From: a bacterium
GTDB lineage: Bacteria > UBA8248
Assembly: GCA_965213625.1 (NCBI GenBank)
Contig: CBDBZU010000004.1
Span: forward strand, 3,552,001 to 3,616,000
Direction: 5' to 3'
Length of the DNA: 64,000 bases
Position 1 is the first letter of the stretch. Every line of letters begins with the position of its first letter. A program made the translations under genes and the position numbers. Below, in pieces: positions 57,138 through 64,000 of the stretch. The notes under the pieces were generated by a model. The model did not search any database, was not told the DNA's origin, and saw only the letters and a list, made by a program, of their open reading frames with translations.

Positions 57138-57797
57138 TCATTTCGCCTTCATCCCGTATTTCTCATACTTCTTCGACGAGGAAGAGCTGAGCTTGGCGGA
57201 TTGGGGCGTCTTGAGCTCCAGCAGATAGGGCCGCTCGGCCGAGGTGGCCTTCACGGCGTCCAAGAGCCCCTGCTCATCGCCGTCGCTCTCCCAATCGCCT
57301 TCTTCGAGCTTCACGAAAACGGGCTTGCCCTCCCCGAAATCAAGCGTGGGAACGCCGAAAATGCCCTGCTCGGCCGCGTCCTCATGCTCCTGCGCGATAA
57401 GGGGGATGGTGGCGCCGTTTTTCATGTCCTCCTCCCAGCGATCGACGTCGAGGCCCACTTCCACGGCGATATCGCGCAGAACCAGCTCGCTGGTGATGTC
57501 CTTGCCGTCCCTGTGCCTCGCCCGGTGGAGCGCCACGTGGTACTTGTCGAACTGCGTCTCGCCCTGTAAAGCCGCGCATTTGGCCGCCTGATGCGGTGGC
57601 AGATCCCTGCTCGGGAAAGTCTTATCCTCCCAGGCCTTCCAGTCCTCTCCGCGCGAGGGACCGAAATTCGCCTGCTCGAGCACGAAGGCCTTGTAGTCCA
57701 CATTCAGATCGCTTCTTTTTTCCTGAAGACGAACGAGCCACTCCATGGCCCTGTAGGCGTAAGGTCAGACGTAGCAGTTCCACATGGTGACTTTCAT
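57138..57797 (-). CDS. DsbA/FrnE-like thioredoxin-fold selenoprotein (UGA at codon 11)
   Basis: RBS taaggag, then MKVTMWNCYV-UGA-PYAYRA continuing in frame into the 202-aa ORF (ALHRARH, GIFGVPT cis-Pro); UGA 57767-57765 occupies the catalytic Cys position. Confidence 0.85.
57735..57751 (-). promoter_or_regulatory. Putative bacterial SECIS hairpin
   Basis: GGGCCA-UGGAG-UGGCUC; loop begins 20 nt after UGA and has G at loop position 2. Confidence 0.6.
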
Positions 57798-57908
57798 GAT
57801 TTTCTCCTTAACAAATCGGGGCATAAAGAAACATTGCGCGCCAATCATACACCACAAGAACGCCGATGAAAAAGCAGGGCAAAGTCTTTTGAAAATAGCC
57901 GTTTTTCG

Positions 57909-58508
57909 CTAATTTTCAGGCGTGAGCGCCTTGTTTAACAACGCTTCCGCACCCGCGTTCAAGGAAAGCTCCCTGGCGGCCTCCTGCCCGCGCGGAGACA
58001 TTTTTGCCCAAGTTTTCCGCAAGATGCCGATGATTTTCTCCTCATCATGCAGGCGGGAGAAATCCCAGAAATAGCTTTCCAGAAACACCAGACAGGCGAC
58101 GTCCTCGAGCGTCTGGGTTTCCGGGTCTGTCTTCAAGCCCTTTTTTTTCAACAGCATTCGCACACGGTCTATCGTTTCATCGTCGCAACCAACCTTTTCT
58201 AGAATCTCAGCCGCTTTCTCTCCATGAAAATCATAAAGACGGGTCCGCCATTGGTGATATCCCTTACGGCCCTGGGGGTAATCCGAGCGTGGAATCTCCC
58301 ATCGGCGTATATGTTGGCTCCGCACCGCCAGGCGCAGGGCTTCAGAGGCTTGCGGCTCTATGGTATCTAGCCAGTTCGTCATTCTCATCGAATACAATAG
58401 CTCTTTGGGGTAATTTTCGCCCTCGAAACTCTCGGTATTGGGATCTTCAGAATTCGCCTCATCAATAAGAAGCATAGATTCTACAAAACGTTTGGGGTTT
58501 TCCCTCAT
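57909..58508 (-). CDS. DUF4202 family protein
   Basis: IDEANSEDPN, YSMRMTNWL, RSQHIRRWEIPR, QTLEDVACLVFL, KTWAKMS. Confidence 0.85.
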   Translation of the reverse strand: MRENPKRFVESMLLIDEANSEDPNTESFEGENYPKELLYSMRMTNWLDTIEPQASEALRLAVRSQHIRRWEIPRSDYPQGRKGYHQWRTRLYDFHGEKAAEILEKVGCDDETIDRVRMLLKKKGLKTDPETQTLEDVACLVFLESYFWDFSRLHDEEKIIGILRKTWAKMSPRGQEAARELSLNAGAEALLNKALTPEN

Positions 58509-58588
58509 GATTTCCACCTTCTCAGTTGCAATAGACACAAATAGAATCATTCCAGACAATACTTGTTTAGAATAAACGCTTGTTCGGG

Positions 58589-58644
58589 TTGACAAAAGCA
58601 GGAAAGAAGAATATTTTTCGATATAGTTAAGTAAATTGCTTAAC
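58589..58644 (+). promoter_or_regulatory. Sigma70-like promoter and downstream palindromic operator for the cobA operon
   Basis: TTGACA(58589)-17 bp-TATTTT(58612); GTTAAG-N7-CTTAAC at 58626-58644. Confidence 0.6.
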
Positions 58645-58682
58645 AATAAAAATATAAACTGACCTGGCTACGGGAATCTCTC

Positions 58683-59492
58683 ATGAACCATGGAAAAGTG
58701 CAGATTGTGGGAGCAGGTCCTGGGGATCCGGACTTGCTTACGCTCAAGGCGGCGAAAGCCCTTACAGACGCTGACGTAGTGGTTTATGACCGTCTCGTGA
58801 ACATTGAAGTTCTTGAACTTTGCCCGGAAAACTGCCAACTCATCTATGCGGGAAAATCAAGTGGCCGACACACCATGAGCCAAAATGACATCAACGAAGC
58901 TCTGATCCATTTCGCTCATCGCGGTTATCAAGTGGTGCGTCTGAAAGGCGGGGACCCTTTCGTGTTCGGTCGTGGCGGCGAGGAGGCGCAAGCACTGGCC
59001 GAAGCCGGCGTTCATTTTGAAATCATACCAGGAATCAGTTCCGCTCTGGCCGTGCCCGCCTATGCCGGAATACCCGTCACACACAGAAACTTCGCCTCGT
59101 CGTTCACGGTCGTAACTGCCCATGAAGACCCCGGCAAACCGGAAACACAGGTGGATTATGCGCATCTGGCGAAGAACAAGGGTACGCTCGTTTTCCTTAT
59201 GGGCGCACGCTCCATCGGACGCATATCAGCCGCCCTGATAGATAACGGCATGTCGAAAGACACGCTTGCCGCCATCATTGAAAATGGAACCACAAACAGA
59301 CAATTAGCCTACCGTTGCACATTGGGAGAAGCATCGAGCCTCGCGCAACGCGAAGAAATATCCCCACCCGCAGTTTTTCTCGTCGGACCCGTCGCCGGCC
59401 TTGAAGACCTCGTGTGGTTCGAAGCCGATGAGAGTCAAGAAATCTCCTGGCGCTGTCCCATGGAAAAATCCCTGAGCAAAGCCATTTCATAA
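58683..59492 (+). CDS. cobA: Uroporphyrinogen-III C-methyltransferase
   Basis: VGAGPGDPDLLT, VYDRLV, RLKGGDPFVFGRGGEE, GIPVTHR. Confidence 0.95.
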   Translation: MNHGKVQIVGAGPGDPDLLTLKAAKALTDADVVVYDRLVNIEVLELCPENCQLIYAGKSSGRHTMSQNDINEALIHFAHRGYQVVRLKGGDPFVFGRGGEEAQALAEAGVHFEIIPGISSALAVPAYAGIPVTHRNFASSFTVVTAHEDPGKPETQVDYAHLAKNKGTLVFLMGARSIGRISAALIDNGMSKDTLAAIIENGTTNRQLAYRCTLGEASSLAQREEISPPAVFLVGPVAGLEDLVWFEADESQEISWRCPMEKSLSKAIS

Positions 59493-59560
59493 ATGCCGGG
59501 CTTCAGCCCGGTTCCAGAATTATCATCCAATTAGTACGTAGCTGCTCACGTAAGGAGTAA

Positions 59561-61366
59561 GTGATGCACGAAGAATCACGAAAATCACTGTCTCGGGAAA
59601 CATCGGGCGTCATTCCGGTGATCCCCGAAGAATTCGATGATTTTGAAACACAAGCTACCAGATTCCGTAATGGAGAAATCGATAACGGAGAGTTTCTCCC
59701 ATACCGCCTAAGGCGTGGCGTATATGGCCAGCGTCAGGCGGAAGCACAAATGGTACGCGTGAAAATCCCTTTTGGCGGTTTAAACGCTTCCCAACTCGAA
59801 GCCCTGGGCCGTGTATCGCGAGATTACGCGCCGTTGGGAAAAGGCCACGTAACGACACGGGAAAACGTGCAGTTTCATTTCGTCCCCCTCGACCAGTCCG
59901 CCGAAGTTTTGAGGCTTCTGGGCGAAGTGGGACTAACAACTCGAGAAGCATGTGGAAATTGCGTGAGAAACGTCACCGGCTGCCCCTATGCGGGCGTTTG
60001 CAAGGATCAGGTTTTTGACGCAACACCCTACGCAGGCGGGTTTGCACGTTACTTCGTCCGCAAGGATTTCACACAGGATCTGCCTCGCAAATTCAAGGTG
60101 GCGTTCTCCAGTTGCGCTTCGGACTGCGTGGTCGGCGGAATCCATGATATCGGTTTCATCCCGGTCATCAAGGAGATGGAAGGAACCCCCGTGCATGGCT
60201 TCAAGGTGCTAGTCGGAGGCGGACTCGCCACTTTTGCGCGTACCGCCGAAGTACTATACGAGTTTGTTCCGGTATCCGATTTCCTGAGGGTGAGTGAAGC
60301 CTTAATCCGGGTTTTCGACCAGGCTGCTGAACTCCGCAAATCCCGTTTCAAGGCGCGCATCAAGTTCCTGGTGAGCTGGATAGGAATAGACGGGCTGCGT
60401 GAACGCGTCGAAGAAGAGTTGAAAAAGGACTGGGCAAAAGAACCCGTCAGTCCCGAACCCTATCTTTGGAAAGATGATGAAGGAAGCGACGCTCCACCCA
60501 TCTTGAACACTCTGAACGGAGCGGGGGCTAATCCGAATGGCGACGCGGCGGATTATCACGTTTGGAGAAATACGAACGTCACCGCGCAGAGACAAGAAGG
60601 CTACTTCGCCGTCGAAGTGAAACTACCCTTGGGGAACATCCTTACAGATCAGTTCTTCGCCCTGGCCGACCTCACCCGACGTTTCGCGAGAGGACGAGCA
60701 AGAACGAGTTTCGAGCAAAACCTCGTATTCAGGTGGGTGCGCGCAGGAGAGCTTTATCCCCTGTGGAAAGAACTTCAGCGAATCGGGCTCGCCGAAAAAG
60801 GCGCCCGTGAGATTTCCGACGTGGTCTCCTGCCCGGGAACGGATTCATGCAAACTCGGTATTACCTCCTCCATGGGGCTGGCCAACGCTATTCGTGAAAC
60901 ACTTCATGAAATCGATCAGGACCCTCTCACGCGAGAATTGCACATAAAAATGAGTGGCTGCCCGAATTCCTGCGGACAGCACCACATCGCAAACATCGGC
61001 TTTCACGGGGGGACACTCAGAGCAAACGGCGCAATGCTGCCCGCTTATGAAATTTTTCTTGGCGGTCAATACGAAAATACAGATGGAGAAATCCGAATCG
61101 GCAAACGCATCCAGGTTCGGATTCCCGCAAAACGCGTTCCCGCTGCGCTCAAGAAAATGTTGTCCTACTACCGGGAAAACAGAACTGAGGGCGAGCGATT
61201 CAACGAGTATTTGGATCGCGTGGGCAACGCTTCATTCGAAGACTTGCTGCAGGAATTTCACCTTGCCGGCCAGTTTAATGACGAACCCGATTCTGATTTG
61301 TTCATCGACTGGAGTCAGAAAAAACAATATGTTTTGGAGAGGGGAGAAGGCGAATGTCTAGCCTAG
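59561..61366 (+). CDS. Siroheme nitrite/sulfite reductase hemoprotein
   Basis: GVYGQRQ, TTRENVQ, LPRKFK, CPGTDSC and SGCPNSC siroheme/4Fe-4S ligands. Confidence 0.92.
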   Translation: MMHEESRKSLSRETSGVIPVIPEEFDDFETQATRFRNGEIDNGEFLPYRLRRGVYGQRQAEAQMVRVKIPFGGLNASQLEALGRVSRDYAPLGKGHVTTRENVQFHFVPLDQSAEVLRLLGEVGLTTREACGNCVRNVTGCPYAGVCKDQVFDATPYAGGFARYFVRKDFTQDLPRKFKVAFSSCASDCVVGGIHDIGFIPVIKEMEGTPVHGFKVLVGGGLATFARTAEVLYEFVPVSDFLRVSEALIRVFDQAAELRKSRFKARIKFLVSWIGIDGLRERVEEELKKDWAKEPVSPEPYLWKDDEGSDAPPILNTLNGAGANPNGDAADYHVWRNTNVTAQRQEGYFAVEVKLPLGNILTDQFFALADLTRRFARGRARTSFEQNLVFRWVRAGELYPLWKELQRIGLAEKGAREISDVVSCPGTDSCKLGITSSMGLANAIRETLHEIDQDPLTRELHIKMSGCPNSCGQHHIANIGFHGGTLRANGAMLPAYEIFLGGQYENTDGEIRIGKRIQVRIPAKRVPAALKKMLSYYRENRTEGERFNEYLDRVGNASFEDLLQEFHLAGQFNDEPDSDLFIDWSQKKQYVLERGEGECLA

Positions 61367-61806
61367 AAAAACAATTGGAATTTTTGGACGAGAAGCCTGA
61401 GGACCAGATAAAAACGGCGGTATTGCTCGTCGGTCACGGAAGCCGCGCCCAAAATGCCAACGATGCGCTTTTCCGCGTAGTGAACTATTTTCAAAAGGCG
61501 TGGCCACATCGCATATTGAAGGCGGCATTCCTGGAGATCAGCCCCCCCTCCATTCCCGAAGGAATCGATTTGTGCGTCGCAGAAGGCGCTGAAAGAATCA
61601 TTGTCATCCCTTACTTTCTTTTTCGGGGCAATCACGTGGCAGTGGACTTGCCCGTCTTCATTCAAGAAAGCCGGAGGAAATACCCGGATATCGACGTCAT
61701 TTTGGGTCCTCACCTTGGCTTCCATCCCAAGATGATCGAGATCGTAGATGAACGAATCCAACAAGTTCTCGATACGCTAAAATCCGAGGAGAAGGCGCTC
61801 CCATGA
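61354..61806 (+). CDS. Sirohydrochlorin chelatase (CbiX/SirB, short form)
   Basis: VGHGSR, AFLE, PYFLFRGNH, HLGFHP. Confidence 0.9.
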   Translation: MSSLEKQLEFLDEKPEDQIKTAVLLVGHGSRAQNANDALFRVVNYFQKAWPHRILKAAFLEISPPSIPEGIDLCVAEGAERIIVIPYFLFRGNHVAVDLPVFIQESRRKYPDIDVILGPHLGFHPKMIEIVDERIQQVLDTLKSEEKALP

Positions 61807-62777
61807 CTGAACGAAACGGATCCGCCCGCCCCATCGCCATTTATTATGAACACCCCGAGTGGTTCAAAAAGCTTTTTCAGGAACTCGAGCGGCGAGGTAT
61901 CCCTTATGAAAAAATAGAAGCACACAACCATCGCTTCGACCCGACCGAAACCGAATCACCATATTCGCTGATTGTAAACAGAATGAGTCCATCGGCATGG
62001 GCGCGCGGACATACCCATGCAATTCCCTACACGCTCGAATTTTGCGCGCACCTCAAGGCGATTGGCGCCAACGTGATAAACGGCTACGAGGCCTATCTCC
62101 ATGAATTTTCAAAAGTTCGTCAAACCCGCCTGCTCAAGAGCCTCGGTGTCAACCACCCGAGATCACGGGTGATAAACCATGCCTCCCAAGCCCCGGCGGC
62201 GGCCGAGGGATTCAGTTTTCCAGTCATCACGAAAGCGAATATCGGCGGTAGCGGAGCAGGCATACAAAAATACGATACTCCTGAAGGACTCCAACAAGCA
62301 GCGGATGAAGCAATTATTGATTTTGGAATCGACAATGTGGCGCTCGTCCAGGAGTACATCCCGCCGCGGGGAGAGCGAATTGTCCGAGTCGAGGTTTTGA
62401 ACAGCAAATTCCTATATGCGATTCAACTGGCTTTGATGGATCCGAATTCCTTTAACCTCTGTCCGGGAAGCTATTGCCGCCGCAACGAGGAAGTCGCATG
62501 CGGGGTGAACGGCGGGAATGCGTTGATTGAGAAAGTCACACCTCCTATAGAGGTAATTGAAACCGTTGAGAAGATCATGCAAACAGCCGGTATTGAGGTT
62601 GGCGGCGTGGAATATCTGGTAAGCGATAAGGATGGGGAAATATATTTTTACGACATCAATGCGCTCTCCAATTTCGTGGACGATGCGCAAAATGTAATCG
62701 GCTTTGACCCTTGGCCGTTGATGGCCGACTTCGTCCTTGATCGCGCGCAGCACCCTGCTCCTGCACTGAGTATTTAG
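61803..62777 (+). CDS. ATP-grasp ligase (RimK/glutathione synthetase-like)
   Basis: NRMSPSA, FPVITKANIGGSGAG, LVQEYIP, YDINALSNF. Confidence 0.82.
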   Translation: MTERNGSARPIAIYYEHPEWFKKLFQELERRGIPYEKIEAHNHRFDPTETESPYSLIVNRMSPSAWARGHTHAIPYTLEFCAHLKAIGANVINGYEAYLHEFSKVRQTRLLKSLGVNHPRSRVINHASQAPAAAEGFSFPVITKANIGGSGAGIQKYDTPEGLQQAADEAIIDFGIDNVALVQEYIPPRGERIVRVEVLNSKFLYAIQLALMDPNSFNLCPGSYCRRNEEVACGVNGGNALIEKVTPPIEVIETVEKIMQTAGIEVGGVEYLVSDKDGEIYFYDINALSNFVDDAQNVIGFDPWPLMADFVLDRAQHPAPALSI

Positions 62778-62830
62778 CACTCAGGCAGTAAGTGCTTTGA
62801 TGAGCCTACATACTTTTCTATAATGGGGAC

Positions 62831-63727
62831 GTGATCGAAACAGCCGCCGTATACGCCCTCATATCAGCTCTTTTGCTTGCGTTTAGGGATATCTTCGGAC
62901 GCTTTGCGGTTCGTGGCATAGATCCCATTACCGGAACGGCCTTTACCGCCATCATCGGCCTACCCGTTCTCTGGATTGTTTCCGCTGCGATGGGAGATTT
63001 TTCAGACCCCTGGCCGGGCTTAGGCTGGCCTCTTGTCTTCATTGCCGTCGCGGGTATTTTCAGGGTCTGCTTTGCACGCACAATGCTATTCGCCGCCACA
63101 CAACACATCGGGTCCGCACGCACGAGCACCGTCGTAGCGACGAACCTAATTTTTGCCGTATTTTTCGGTATCGTTTTTCTGGGAGAAGCACTCACTGTCA
63201 ACACCGGTCTGGGCGCCCTGCTCGTGTTTGGCGGTTACATCTTCATCGCAAGGAGTCATCCCAATCATAAGGAGGGTGATTCTCCCAACAGCCGATATAT
63301 CGGAATGGGATTGGCGCTAGGCTGTGCGCTGGCCTTCGGTGCCGCCGCAGTGCTTGTGCGACCCGCAGTAGGATTTTTCACCTCCGCCAACGAGGCAAAC
63401 TTTTACTCAAATATTTTCGCTGTAGCGGCTTTTTCCCCTTTCCTTTTCCGCAAAGGGAAAATAGGCGAAATCAAAAGTTGGACCCCAGGTAATTGGGGGT
63501 TTCTCATTCTGGCCGGTTTATCGGCAAGTCTCGGCGTTACGTTCTTATATCTCGCGCTGGCGAATGCCCCCGTCGTCTACGCCTTCCCCATATCACAATC
63601 GAGACCTTTGTTCGCCATCGCGATAACATGGATTTTTCTTCAATCAGTAGAGAGAATGAACTGGCGAGTCGTGGCAGGCGCGCTCGCAATTTTTTCGGGC
63701 ACGGTGACCTTGATTTTCAATGGATAG
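62831..63727 (+). CDS. DMT/EamA family transporter
   Basis: About ten TM segments, FLGEAL, two EamA-like halves. Confidence 0.85.
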   Translation: MIETAAVYALISALLLAFRDIFGRFAVRGIDPITGTAFTAIIGLPVLWIVSAAMGDFSDPWPGLGWPLVFIAVAGIFRVCFARTMLFAATQHIGSARTSTVVATNLIFAVFFGIVFLGEALTVNTGLGALLVFGGYIFIARSHPNHKEGDSPNSRYIGMGLALGCALAFGAAAVLVRPAVGFFTSANEANFYSNIFAVAAFSPFLFRKGKIGEIKSWTPGNWGFLILAGLSASLGVTFLYLALANAPVVYAFPISQSRPLFAIAITWIFLQSVERMNWRVVAGALAIFSGTVTLIFNG

Positions 63728-63893
63728 GACATAGGGGAAGTTACATAAAAACCTCTGGAATCCACCCTTTATTGCCATGTAGAATGTTATGCATGATGCT
63801 GGGGGCGCAAAAACATCTTGCGGAAGGCAAGACCTTGGGCTAAAGTTGAATAAAAATAATTGGTTTCCCCTCCATCAAGGAGAATTTGACGAC

Positions 63894-64000
63894 ATGATGA
63901 ACATCGGGGAAGAAAAGGCGGATTCTGTAGTCATCGTTGCAATTGAGGGGCGTGTCGACGGCACCACTGCTCCGGAACTTGAAAACCGGATTTCGGAAAT
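63894..64000 (+). CDS. STAS-domain anti-sigma factor antagonist (partial, runs off window)
   Basis: RBS aaggag; MMNIGEEKADSVVIVAIEGRVDGTTAPELEN. Confidence 0.75.
   Translation, partial: MMNIGEEKADSVVIVAIEGRVDGTTAPELENRISE

Overview
GC-rich bacterial chromosome segment, probably from an uncultured environmental or host-associated lineage; the taxonomy cannot be fixed from sequence alone. Housekeeping and metabolic blocks are tenA, tag, rimI-cvpA, pgi-like, hydantoinase A/B, gap-pgk-tpiA-secG, a peptide ABC transporter, tRNA-Leu(GAG), def, an Sdh/Frd-like + Fe-S hydro-lyase + 2-hydroxyacid dehydrogenase operon, an M16 peptidase pair, leuCD-like and cobA-sulfite/nitrite reductase-chelatase. Accessory DNA lies between them: three 1520-bp IS1182-family copies that all sit in the loop of the same palindromic repeat, MITE-like elements with related ends, several REP-like families, and a lower-GC defence/TA islet (two tandem HNH nucleases, vapBC, hipBA, duplicated vapB). 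The strongest new signal is a minus-strand operon at 56606-57797 that the ORF track misses or truncates. It encodes a DsbA/FrnE-like protein with an in-frame UGA in a C-x-x-U motif and a SECIS-like hairpin, then a DUF971 protein, then an unannotated 46-codon ORF with a second C-x-x-U motif (CPTU) and an amphipathic tail, whose RNA can fold into a long rod with the UGA in the apical loop. All family assignments come from motif recognition by eye; no searches were run.
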